Below, piece by piece: positions 13,953 to 26,185 of a stretch of DNA of 64,000 nt. The notes below the pieces were generated by a model that ran no database searches, had not been told where the DNA came from, and worked only from the letters and a program-made list of their open reading frames with translations. The translations under genes and the position numbers were made by a program. The first letter of the stretch is position 1. Each line of letters opens with the position of its first letter. Origin of the DNA: Zootoca vivipara (taxonomy: Eukaryota); assembly GCF_963506605.1 (NCBI RefSeq), contig NC_083282.1:15252001-15316000 (forward strand), read 5' to 3'.

Positions 13953-14434
13953 CTGAAATATACAATGCATAAATATTCTGAAATATACAAAACACACATT
14001 GATCACTTTCCCAGCATAATTAAATGTTAAGGTTTTGCAAAACAAAAATAAAATGCAATGGCCTCACCACTGCCATTGTCACTCCCCGATATCCCTCTCA
14101 GAAGATTTATACAGCTGCATTCTGTCAGCCTTTGTCTGCTGCGGCCCAAGCATTATAATATTTCATCCCTATGGCTGACACATTTATCAATGCTTTTTAA
14201 TGTAACCATATAGGGCACAATCTACCAGGAAGCTCTCCTTCATAAGCTCTGATTGTATAAACAGAAGTTGTGTAAGAGAGGCTTGCACAGAAGTTCATTG
14301 TGCATATGCTCCCATATCTGTTGTACAAATTCCTAGACATCTTCCTGTAATTTGCTAAATGAGAATGCTACAGCATTGCAGCAATAGATGGAAGCCATGG
14401 GCACATTTTAAATACCATTGACACACTTCCTTAC

Positions 14435-14475
14435 CTTAACTGTATACATCCACTGGTGATATGATCTTGAATTTC
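14435..14475 (-). CDS. DENND1B: DENND1B internal exon: (G)NSRSYHQWMYTVK
   Basis: cttgtgttttag|GA AAT TCA...GTT AAG|gtaagg, 41 nt, phase 1 to 0. Similar to remembered GNPRSYQQWVHTVK. Confidence 0.93.
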
Positions 14476-15924
14476 CTAAAACACAAGTGAGAGAGAAACC
14501 AGAAAGGTAGGATTCCTTTAAAATTTTGTTTGTTCAAAAACACATAATATTCTTTACATATTTACATATTTACATGCAGTCCCAACTTTCTATGGAATAT
14601 AAAAGACTGAAACCTCACTGAACATCAACATGAAGTATTCTCCTTTATTACAAAACAAAACAAAAAGATGTGTTGGTTTTCCCGAGAATGCCCATACCAA
14701 ATATGAAAAAACTGAAAAAATTGCAGGAATTTGTACTAAAATATTAGTTTCATACAGTGGAAATAAGGGGTAATTTATTAGAGTATTAAATGACATTTTT
14801 CTTTCTCTTTCTTTGCTGTCTACAGTAGCTACTGCCTTGTAGGTGAGGAAAATTAGGCAAATGGGAGAACTACAAACAGATACACGTTTACTGGGCACTA
14901 TTACTCTATTAAATTGCTCACAACGGTCAAGTTAAAATTTGATTGCTTGAAAAAGGAAGCTTTCCTTCTTAAAGTACTTAGCAGCACAAGCAAGACTGGT
15001 GGGTTTGGTTTTTAGAGAATATTAAGAGTAAACGGATTGTTGATTTTGAGACAATGTGAGAGACAATGACAATTGCTGCAATGGAAACTTCCAATCCAAT
15101 AAATGGAGCTAAAAAGAAAGAGAATGTGAAGGGTTTCCCAAGCTACATATGGGTTTTACAACAGTGCTTCAAAAGCCTCTTAAACTCAATAATAAACCTA
15201 ACAGCTAGAGGTGGAGTGAAATTCTGTTTACTTTGCACATTGGGGTAAAGCCAAAAAACCCTCACCTCTTATAAACCACTTCTGCAAACTACACACGATG
15301 GTGACAGAACCATGTCTTCCAAAATGCATGTTGCTGCCGAACGCACGCCTGTATAGCAGGCGGCAGCCAATTCTAGCAAAGAAATGGGAAGGGACTCTCA
15401 ATGATGAGAGTGCATGCCTGACAATGAAAAAAGGTCTCGGGCTCAAGCCCTGGTTTAAAGGATGAGGTAGCAGGTAGGGAGAAAGAGCTCCGCCATTACA
15501 GCATGGAGAGCTGCAGTCAGGCAGAATAGACAATACTGGTATATAAGGCAGCTTCCTAGGTTTTCTGCATGGCAGGTGGTTGCAAAATCCAGGTTGTTTT
15601 TCCCTTTCTGTTCTCAGAGCTCAGGTGGGACAAAAATGGCTAGGATACATGGGATGCATGAGGAAGAGCGATGGGCACCTCCTCTCCCTTCCAGCTTTGG
15701 AAGAAGTCATTTTACCGTTTTAAATTTTGAATAACATGGCATTAATTTTGTATATCAATTTATCTGTTTAGTGAAATAATGAGAACTCTCTACAGCTGCC
15801 TGATGCCATCCAGCTGTTTCTGACTACACCTCCCATAACCTCAGTCGTGGCCACTGGGCACCACATTGGTGAAGGTCAACATCATGTTGAAAACCAATTT
15901 GAAACACTATTGTCAACCAACATT

Positions 15925-16085
15925 GTTTCTTTCATAACCATCTATGCCCTTTTTAAATGGGGAAGGGGGGTGTTGTTGTTTTTGTTTGTTACTATGGTAT
16001 GTATTTCTGTGTTTTTTACATTGTAAACCGCCTTGTGATTCTTGGATGAAGGGTGGTATAGAAATTTTAACAACAACAACAATAA
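15925..16085 (+). mobile_element. LINE (L2-like) 3' tail fragment
   Basis: ttgtaaaccgccttgtgattcttggatgaagggtggtatagaaattttaa(caa)n, similar to 26030-26185. Confidence 0.55.
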
Positions 16086-16138
16086 TTTCAACGCAGCAAG
16101 AATGAAAAGACCCAAGCAGTATGGACAAAAATCTATAC

Positions 16139-16229
16139 CTCCACCAAAGCCAGCCGAAGAGATTTCTTCTTCAAACACATCAGAAAACCCTTTTCCTGCA
16201 TTTAGCTTTGCAAGTCGACCTTCAATGAA
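16139..16229 (-). CDS. DENND1B: DENND1B internal exon: FIEGRLAKLNAGKGFSDVFEEEISSAGFGG(G), containing an FxDxF AP-2-binding motif
   Basis: ttctttttgcag|TTC...GGA G|gtatag, 91 nt, phase 0 to 1. FSDVF is the connecdenn FxDxF motif. Confidence 0.95.
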
Positions 16230-16756
16230 CTGCAAAAAGAAAAAAAGTGGATGAAAGCAATTATGTCTTTGTTGAAGGTTCACGTTTCAAATCTTCTGTT
16301 TAATTCTTATTTGTTCACAGCCCTACAGAAAGTGTCAGTTACAGAAGGAGCCCCATTATTGTCAGATAATTCTCTGATGGTGCTCCTGAGAGGATTCCAC
16401 AGGCTGCCAATCTGCTAATGGGCCATATCTAAGGTGCTAGCAATTATATTAAAAAGTTCAAAGCAACCTGGACCCTAAATGTTTGAATTAGCATCTCCGC
16501 CCATATGAATCTACCCATGTGTTAAGATTGGCTGCTGGAATCCTCTTGGCTGTCCTGCATCCAAGAGGCACTGCCTGATCCCTGCTTGATCACTGGCACC
16601 TTTGGGAGAGTCACTGCTAGTGTCCCTCCATGGCTCAGATGTATGGCATACATCCATAAGAAGCCATTGCATTCAGTATCAAGGGCCCAGCTTTGTGAAA
16701 CGCCCTACCAGGTGAGGTCAGACACGCCCCCTTCCTGCTGAATGTCTGGCGCTTAG

Positions 16757-16996
16757 GTAAAGGTAAACGGACCCCTGACCATTAGGTCCAGTCGTGACCA
16801 ACTCTGGGGTTGCAGCGCTCATCTCGCATTATTGGCCGAGGGAGCCGGCATATAGCTTCCAGGTCATGTGGCCAGCATGACAAAGGTGCTTCTGGCGAAC
16901 CAGAGCAGCACACAGAAATGGCATTTACCTTCCCGCTGTAGTGATACCTATTTATCTACTTGCACTTTGACGTGCTTTCGAACTGCTAGGTTGGGC
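16757..16996 (-). mobile_element. Sauria SINE (POM-type), 5'-truncated, inserted in an older L2 fragment (about 16440-16756)
   Basis: ggtaaaggtaaa tail, gacccctgaccattaggtccagtcg and the shared SINE body. Confidence 0.9.
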
Positions 16997-17052
16997 TTAC
17001 TAAAGGGTGTTTTTTTTGTTCCAGGCAGCCTTTTAATTGAATTCTGATTTTA

Positions 17053-17494
17053 TAACATCGGTCCTGAAAGACCTACATTGGCTCCCAGTACGTCTCTGAG
17101 CACAATTTGAAGTGTTGGTGCTAACCTTTAAAGCCCTAAAGAGACTTGGCCCTGTATACCTGAAGGAGCATCTCCACTCCCATCGTTCAGACCGGACACT
17201 GAAATCCAGCACCAAGGACCTTCTGGCAGTTCTCACACTGTGAGAAGTGAATCCACAGGGAACCAGGCAGAGGGCCTTCTTGGTAGTGGCACCCACCCTG
17301 TGGAACACCCTCCCATCAGATGTCAAGGAGATGAGTAACTATATAACCTTTAGAAGACATCTGAAGGCTGCCCTTTAAGGTTTAAGGTTTTATTATTATT
17401 TTTTATATGTTGGAAGCCGCCCAGAGTGGCTGGGGCAATCCAGTCAGATGGTTGGGGTACAAATAATAAAATTGTTGTCGTTGTTGTTGTTGTT
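17053..17494 (+). mobile_element. L2-clade LINE 3' fragment
   Basis: Highly similar to the 3' ends of the copies at 32600-33089 and 46300-46774 (LHWLPV, AFxVVAPxLWN, and the tail ttggaagccgcccagagtggctgggg). Confidence 0.9.
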
Positions 17495-17793
17495 TTAACT
17501 CATTTTTAGTTTTATTGTATTGGTTTTCTTGTACACAGCCCAGAGATAACTTTGATTAAGCAGCAAACAAATTGTTGACATCAATAATGAAATAATGATG
17601 AATCTGCTTTGCAACAACCAGAGAAAGGACTTACTCTGTTGTGGCACCCAATTATGGAACACCTTCCCGCTTGATGCATGGTTGGTGCCAGTGCTGATGT
17701 TTGATTAATGTAGTTGAGAAACCAAACAAATTGAGTGTGGCTTAACATGTTAACAAAGTAGCAGCAGGAGGAGGACATGGAGATATTGAGTGA

Positions 17794-17794
<1 letters not shown>

Positions 17795-17830
<36 letters not shown>
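17795..17830. repeat. (ATT)n microsatellite
   Basis: Read directly. Confidence 0.9.
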
Positions 17831-17832
<2 letters not shown>

Positions 17833-19970
17833 TTATCATCATCATTAGTATATTGCCCTTCATCTGAAGATTTCGGGGCAGTTCTTAAAGGAAAAAAATG
17901 CAAAATAATAATATAAAATACATAATAAAACAAAAACAAACGAGTAATGCCCCCCTCTCAGACTTGGACTCTCATCTCCCTGTAAAGAAATGTGAGAGTT
18001 CCACACACACATCTGGAATGTACAGATGTGGGAGACATTTGCATGTGTTACACAAGAGGGCAGTGAGAGTAATATGCACAAGAGGACAGTGGGAGTAATA
18101 TTCTACTGGGCCTAATTTGCAAATTTTGATTCTTTCCCAGGGTACCCTCCATAGTCATTAAATAATGCTATGAATTGTACTGTACCGTATTGTACCTGAG
18201 CATTTATATTTCATATTGTTTCATGAAGCAAAGTTCATGATTTACTCAACTGAAGAATAGAACTATGCTCCAGTCAGTTTTACACGATAACTCAAGGAAG
18301 AGTCTATTCATTTCCTTTGTATTATTATAGAACAGGGCCAAAGAGCTGAACCTTCCATAGCACTTTCTCTTTATTAATTTCTTCATATTCAGTTGTATAT
18401 ATACCCACACATGGTCCAAATTTAATTATAGCCACAAAGACTTTGTGACTTACCTTTGTAAAGTTTATTATTTAGGTACATACATTGGCTCATTTTACAC
18501 CATAGTTTGAAGGACTGGGAACATGCCAGAGGTTTATACCGTCCTTTCCTTCACATGTATTCTCCCTTCTCTTTCCTGGTTTGCCTAACTATATTTTTCC
18601 CAATGTTAAAATCAGATAAACTATGGTTAATGCTAACCATGCTAACCCACTTGTTTTCAAATCACGCTTTGGAGACAGTTGCCCTTTAATCCCATTTGGA
18701 CCTCAAAGCTCTATCGGATTAGAACAAACTAGGAAACAGAATAAGAAATCAGCATGTGAGACTAAGACATGCCCGTAATTCACCAAGCCATGGAAAATGC
18801 TAATCTGAGCCATAGAGAAATTTAGAGTCTGCCTACACACAGATGCATGGTGTGAAGTAAAACCAGATTAAGAACACAAAATCAAGAATTGTTCACAATG
18901 GTAAACAACTTAATAAAACTCCCCAAAGAAACTACAATGTTTTGTTAAAAAGCTTTAATTTGCCTTAAAGGATTAATAAAAACACAGTGTCTTCCCCCAC
19001 TCTTCAAAAGCACTGACATTTTTAGAATGCTTTCAAGCAGTAATCTATTTTGGTCAGGGTTAGGTGGTAGCCCAAGTATGAGATAAACGGAGAAAGCATT
19101 TGACTGATTGCGCATTTTTCAACATGAATTACTACCGAATTGCTGTTAACCGAAACAGTACACAGGAGCCAATAGAAATTAATTATTTGGCTGACTGTCA
19201 TACACTATCACAGATTATCCAAACAGACCCGTCAGTGACAATCTGATGCTTGTCAATGGATAGACTGATGACATGAAACAAACTGTTCCACAAGTACTTT
19301 AAAAAAGAGAAGAAGATAACCGCAGACACAGCAGTAGCAAAGTACACACTATCACTGGTGATTATTTCCTCTTCTCCTCAGCGAACTTTTTTCACCCACC
19401 CCACTTAAGCTGGCTTTTTCCCAAATGGGTTTGGTTCATGGTCAGACCACAGTATGGGATCGCTGGATTGTTTCACAGCAAGAATGAGATAAAGCACCTT
19501 TAGCTACCAGCGTGCAGAAAACATCCTTTGAAACACAAGACATTATCTATTCAGGGAAAAGCTAAGAATTCATCCCTCGCTATAAAACCAACACATGATT
19601 TATGGATAGTCTAATCATTAGGTAAAGTTACACAGACACAAACTGAGCTGCTAAGCTTTAGGATGGGGGGGGCAGTGGGGAGCTGAAACCTTGCATAGGA
19701 GACCATTTTAATACAAATGGGAATTGCACTGAAATGAACAGTGGTTCCACAGAGCAGTGTTAGGTGGACTGGATTTTATTTCACCTACGAAATTAACAGT
19801 ATACCATAAAACAGTGATGGACAACTAGTGATTGGGCTGGATGTGGCTCCCAAAGAAATTTTGGGTGATACCCAATGTTAGTCATACTCTGTCCATTTAT
19901 TTCAATGGGTTGCTTTGAGTATGACTAGCACTGGATCTCACCCTTCATTTAGCCCCTAGTAGCCCTGGTT

Positions 19971-20123
19971 ACTGCAGAGGACGAGATGGTTGGACAGTGT
20001 TCTCGAAGCTACCAACATGAGTTTGACAAAACTGCGGTATGCAGTGGAAGACAGGAGAGCCTGGCATGCTCTGGTCCATGGGGTCACAAAGAGTCAGACG
20101 CGACTAAACAACTAAACAACAAC
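19971..20123 (+). mobile_element. Bov-B LINE short 3' fragment with 10-bp TSD
   Basis: Matches the 3' end of 60160-61579 and ends in ctaaacaacaac. TSD agccctggtt at 19961-19970 and 20124-20133. Confidence 0.9.
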
Positions 20124-22547
20124 AGCCCTGGTTTAGGAACGAAAGTCTCACACTGTCATGATTTAACGCTGCACGCACAAAATCCTAAAGATTGGTGCAA
20201 CAGGGAACTATGCTCCATTAGCCATGACATTTTTCTGCTAGGTACCAGTAGGTATCAACTTTACTATGGAGCTGACCACCTCTGGCCCTGAAGAACGTAG
20301 TGGCCTCTAAGATTAAATAAGTAGTTGTTGAACCAAGAGCACATTTGTACAAAAATTTCAGAAGGGCTAGAAATGCTGAATGCACTTCTGAATGCTGCAG
20401 TAAGTACACACAAAGAAATGCAAAAAATAATGTTCTGTTTCTTACAGTATTTACCATCATGGAAAGAGACCTCCCAGTTATTTATTTGCCAAATTACATG
20501 CAAGCCTGACTTCCCGATTCCAAATTACATCAAGATGCTGTCCTTTTTCTCCCCCTAAGGGACCTTTTTTGTGCTAAGATTTAACATTATGAAGACACGC
20601 TTTGATCTTTCCTTCTTGGCCTTTGATTCTTACTCATGATTCCCTTCGTACAGCTAGCTGCCATCAGCTGTAGCAGCCACGGCTTTCCAAAGCAGCTGTA
20701 AGCAACAGTGCAGGAGTTAACACCAAATATGAGATATAGTCAAGGGTGGAGCAATTGTGGGTTCATTCGTTCAAGTGTGCTGATTCCAGCAGTCCCATAC
20801 CAATCATCATCAGATTGAAATAATCCCATCTGTGGCCTCTTATTTGCACAACCAAATAATATTGGTGCAATAAGCATCACAAATGTTGCTTAGTATTGTG
20901 TATGTGGAGCTATAGAGCATTAGCAGTAATATACCATCGTTGTTATAACATAGCTTTGCTCTGTAGCCACATAAGATACCCTTTTCGTTCTCTCCCAATT
21001 GCCTATCTTCCCTGTTGATTTCCATTTCTAAGTAGGTGGGTTTTGAAGAGGATTAGAAGGCAGTGAAGGGGAGGCATACCAGTAGTTGCCCCTTTGCAGA
21101 GCCACCAATCTAGTCCAAAGTCTTCTATGACCTATTCGTTTTATCGGTGCTATATAACACTGTGTGTTCACAGCCCTTATAATCTAGCCTATAAATATAT
21201 TATGATTCAACTTTCCCCAAAGAGCCAGAGTTAACACATGGATGTGTCTCCCAAAACTACTGTAATAAAACTGCTTTCTCCTATCTACATATTATTCCAC
21301 TATAGGCCTTCGGACTGTTTAAAAGATTTATTTCCTGTTGCAAAGGAAGAATGCTTTGCATTGGATAGAGCAAAGTTTTAAATTGAGCCTTCTTATAACT
21401 CAAATAACCTTGAAAGAGACCCAATTACAAACAAGAACTCTTGGATAAGAGGCAGCTGGATGAAGGATAAGGAGGAGGGATGATATCCAAAATAAACTGA
21501 AGAAGAGGCAATACATTGGCTATAAAAATGAAATAGTTTTATAACATCTTCCTTTGCCTCTTGGAAGATAATATTATTTCTGTTCTAGCCAATTAAAAGC
21601 TGCACATATTTCACTTATATAGTCGTAAATCTCTACCTCAGCCATTGAATCTCAGACACAAACTTACCATTTTTTTATAATGAAAGTTGGCTACCACCCT
21701 CTGAATTTCACTTATCTATCATGGTAGTATATCTTCAAAGAGAGCTAGCAGATTAGTTAAACACGGCCTCCCCACCTAAGATTCCTGATGTTTTAATCAG
21801 AGATGACGTTTTCTGCTTTGACCTGTAGCTTGTGCCACAGTGTATCCAGCACTATAAAAATAACCTTTTTGGACTGACCCCTTGGCCATATTTATATTCT
21901 ATTTTCCTCTCCCCATCCAAGCAGTGGACATCTTCATGGCAGCCATTTAAGGATCATTTTCTTCCAACAAGGGAGGAACAAGTCTTATGACACCTTTCTT
22001 AATATTTAATTAGACGTTTACAGGCTCAAAAGAAATGGATAGAAAATAGCAGCCAGCACTGGCAAGGATATGTCCAGGGCAGAATTGAAGCATCTCCCTA
22101 AGTCCAGCAAGTTAAGAGTACTTCTAGACTGCTTCTATTAAGCCCCCACTTCTGAACATCTAGCTTCAAACCTATAATTTAGGATTCAGTGGGGAACAAC
22201 TGAATCTGTTGTAGCTGTGAAGAATAGATCAGAAGCATCTACTTATAACCTAACCAGAGTTCCTTATTATGTCAGAACGCAGGAAACTCTGATTAGTTTA
22301 AAACACAATTTGCAAACAGAAGCTACAGTTTGATCCTGGCTTGTTTGAACAAAGAATAGTTTCGGAACTGTAGTAGATTGATTAGTTAGACCTCTTGAAT
22401 TTTCCTTGCATAATCTCTGGAGTTGCTGATAGAAATGGTCAATAGGTATTAAATGTGGGGAAAATATTGCACAGATTGCATCTATTCTTCAGTTTTCGTA
22501 CATGTACAATAGAAGAGAACCAAACTGAGAATCTACTCACTCTGTAC

Positions 22548-22649
22548 CTGTTTAAAAAGTTGAAGGTTCACTGCAGTTTCCAAAAACTGCTTAAAAGTGC
22601 TGGAACGGTGCTTCACAAAACTTTCTTCACAGAAACTGACAGGCTCGCC
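22548..22649 (-). CDS. DENND1B: DENND1B internal exon: GEPVSFCEESFVKHRSSTFKQFLETAVNLQLFKQ
   Basis: ttcttgtaatttag|GGC...CAG|gtacag, 102 nt, in frame with its neighbours. Confidence 0.94.
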
Positions 22650-24544
22650 CTAAATTACAAGAAAGGAAATTAGCAAGATAGTTATTGGGGAACAGTCAGT
22701 GCAGTGCTATTAAAAAAAATATATCACTCACTAATTTTCAGCACTGAAGAATTGCATATCCTTCAAGCATGTGGGCATTTGCTGACTCCCAAACAAATGC
22801 AGGAGACAGAAGTAACAAAAACCTGAAGTTCACATGTAACAAATATTAATTTACGTTTTACACAGAGAACAAGATTCGAGACCATTCTTACCTATGCAAG
22901 ACTGCAAAGTTTTAACTTCATGAAAAACTGAAACTTCCAAAGGGATCTTGGCATGGCCGCTAAGCCACTGCTATTCTTATCATAATCTTATTATGCATGT
23001 AACAGTAAAAAAAAAATCTAATAATTTTATGCCCCCTTTACCACACAACTGAAACTATATTTATTTCCCCCCACCACAAGTCCCCATGCAACTTTTTTTT
23101 TAACCCCTCTCTTCTGAAAGGCAAGCAGTTTGTTAAAAGCAATATCTATGTATTTTGTTGGCCTCTTTACCACCTTGAAATGTGGTAAAGAGATATATAA
23201 GAGCAGAATGAACGAGACCTCGATGGTTATAAGATTTGCCAAGTATGACCCGTGGGGTGACTTTGAAACCTTTACTTTCCTGCAATTCTATAATGAACTA
23301 CAGTGAGCTCTATTCCCCCAATCATCCAAATCTGAATTATTCAAATCCTTCAGTCCTGCAGATTCATTGTGGATTTCCCACAAGGTTCCAGGGGCTGCTT
23401 AGTTCTCTACTGGGTGCACCTGCATTTATCCGAGTCTGTTTATCCAAAGATCCGAATAGGCTCCGAGATATTTACATGAACAATATTGCATTGAATTCTT
23501 GCTGCACAATCCAGTCCAAATTGTGTGTGTTTTAGCCCCGTTGACTTAAATCAGAGATTTACATTTCCCTCTGAAATCAATGGGACCATGCTTACACTTG
23601 GATCTTCCTGAAAAGATTCTGTGAGAGTTGTGGGAGTCTCAAAAGAGGTTTGTCATGAGCCACTAAGTGCTTATGCGACCCAGCAGTCAGCAGTCTACAA
23701 TTCCACATGCACATGGAAGTGTTTTGTGCACTGAACTCTTCAGATTGTAGCCACCTTCTTTTTTGTCCGTTTGCCATTGATTCAGATCTCTTCCTGAGAT
23801 TTTGTGGAAGAGGCTTCAGAAACAAAAATTAGCAACTATTGCTAATGCAATTCCCTAGAGTTTTTCTAATGCAATAAATTTCTGCCATTGACTTGTTTGT
23901 TCCTTGTGATGTTTCAGTCTAGAACGTAGCCTTTGGAGGAATGCTGTGCTGATACTTAGCGGACGCATGCTCTAATGGTCCTTTTAGTATTGATTTACAA
24001 CATACTTTCAAAGTTGTTCGATCAAAGCCTAGTAGGGATTGTATACAGAAGAGTAGACTGCTAATACTTGGACCCAGAAAAATCTACGCCAAACAAGATA
24101 TCTGTCCTCTTTAACAACACTTGTTGTAGAATTCCATCCCTCCCCAACTCATCTTCATGGACTGCTGGGCACAGCAGGACTGATTCCATTTAAGCTGCAT
24201 TCACATTTTAAGTAAGTGCCTTAATATCATTGTAAATAACTCTGATGCATTGACTTAAATAGAATAATCATCTTGAGCACAAAGCTTAACCTATCCAATT
24301 TTATTAGAAGGAAAGGGAAATCTGGCCTAGCAGAGGAGATATTCTTGCTTCTAAATATGATAAGCAATATGAACCAGAATTCTTTCCATGCAAAACAAGG
24401 CACTTGCTCAGTTTGTAATACATTTATTGCTGGTTTTTTGCCTGAGATTCTGTAAACCAATTTGGGTGTTTCTGTTGTTTAACTAATAGGGTCGCTTATT
24501 TGTCACTCTTTAACCATGGTTCACACAGGACGGATTTAGAAACC

Positions 24545-25023
24545 ACACAGCCTAGGGCAGGCATCCCCAAACTTCGGCCCTCCAGATGTTTTGGACTACA
24601 ATTCCCATCATCCCTGACCACTGGTCCTGTTAGCTAGGGATCATGGAAGTTGTAGGCCTAAACATCTGGAGGGCCGCAGTTTGGGGGTGCCTGGCCTAGG
24701 GCTTGCCGAACAGAAGGTCAGCGGTTCAAATCCCCGTGACGGGGTGAGCTCTCGTTGTTTGGTCCCTGCCCCTGCCAACCTAGCAGTTCAAAAGCACGTC
24801 AAAGTGCAAGTAGATAAATAGGTGCTGCTCTGGCGGGAAGGAAAACTGTGTTTCCGTGCGCTGCTCTGGTTCGCCAGAAGAAGTTTAGTCATGCTGGCCA
24901 CATGACCTAGAAGCTGTCTGCGGACAAACGCTGGCTCCCTTGGCCAGTAAAGCAAGATGAGCGCTGCAACCCCAGAGTTGTCTGTGACTGGACTTAACGG
25001 TTAGGGGTCCCTTTACCTTTTAC
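24545..25023 (+). mobile_element. Sauria SINE, 5'-truncated, interrupted by a hAT MITE
   Basis: SINE body plus (acctt)n tail. Flanking direct repeat cacacaggaYggatttagaaacc at 24522-24544 and 25024-25046. Confidence 0.9.
24558..24693. mobile_element. hAT (Charlie-like) MITE nested in the Sauria SINE
   Basis: TIR caggcatccccaaact / agtttgggggtgcctg. 8-bp TSD gcctaggg at 24550-24557 and 24694-24701. Confidence 0.92.
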
Positions 25024-25187
25024 CACACAGGATGGATTTAGAAACCTAGCAGTAATGTGGTAGCTATGTAAAAGCACAGGGGTAGAGACAATGCTTTGTG
25101 CAGAGAAAAGACCGGGTCCAATAAGCAGCATTTCCAGGTTCCATCGCTGGGAAAGACCTCTGACTAAGGTTCTTGAATAGATATTTT

Positions 25188-25930
25188 CTGTTGTTGTTTA
25201 GTCGTTTAGTCGTGTCCAACTCTTCGTGACCCCAAGGACCATATACGCCAGGCATTCCTGTCTTCCACTGCCTCCCACAGTTTGGTCAAACTCATGTTGG
25301 TAGCTTCGAGAACACTGTCCAACCATCTCATCCTCTGTGGTCCCGTTCTCCTTGTGCCCTCCATCTTTCCCAACATCAGGGTCTTTTCCAGGGAGTCTTC
25401 TCTTCTCATGAGGTGGCCAAAGTATTGGAGCCTCAGCTTCACGATCTGTCCTTCCAGTGAGCACTCAGGGCTGATTTCCTTCAGAATGGATAGGTTTGAT
25501 CTTCTTGCAGTCCATGGGACTCTCAAGAGTCTCCTCCAGCACCATAATTCAAAAGCATCGATTCTTCGGTGATCAGCCTTCTTTATGGTCCAGCTCTCAC
25601 TTCCATACATCACTACTGGGAAAACCATAGCTTTAACTATACGGACCTTTGTCAGCAAGGTGATGTCTCTGCTTTTTAAGATGATGTCTAGGTTTGTCAT
25701 TGCTTTTCTCCCAAGAAGCAGGTGTCTTTTAATTTTGTGACTGCTGTCACCATCTGCAGTGATCAAGGAGCCCAAGAAAGTAAAATCTCTCACTGCCTCC
25801 ATTTCTTCCCCTTCTATTTGCCAGGAGGTGACGGGGTTCATGATCTTGGTTTTTTTGATGTTGAGCTTCAGACCATATTTTGCGCTTTCCTCTTTCACTT
25901 TCATTAAAAGGTTATTTAATTTCTCCTCAC
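25188..25930 (-). mobile_element. Bov-B (RTE) LINE, 5'-truncated
   Basis: ORF 25206..25904 KVKEESAKYGLKLNIKKTKIM...RRIDAFELWCWRRLLRVPWTARRSN is the Bov-B RT C-terminus, with a (CAA)n tail. Confidence 0.95.
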
Positions 25931-26185
25931 TTTTTCTAGATCCACTTCAATCGGGGTTTAGGCTTGGCTTTGCCACAGAAACTGCTTTGGTTGCCCTATA
26001 TGCAAAAACATTCTTCTTCTCTCAGACCTTCAGTGAATTGTGGCCTTTTAAACTGTGAGGGAGCAGGTATTGTTTTTGTTTGTTACTATGTTTTGCATTT
26101 TTGTGGGGGGGTTTATATTGTAAACTGCCCTGTGATCCTCAGATAAAGCAGTCTAGAAATTTAACAAACAAATAAAAAATAAATT
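25931..26185 (+). mobile_element. L2-clade fragments (an LDPxQSGFR...TETALVAL piece plus a 3' tail)
   Basis: FLDPLQSGFRLGFATETALVAL in ORF 25759..26058, then a tail similar to 15925-16085. Confidence 0.65.
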
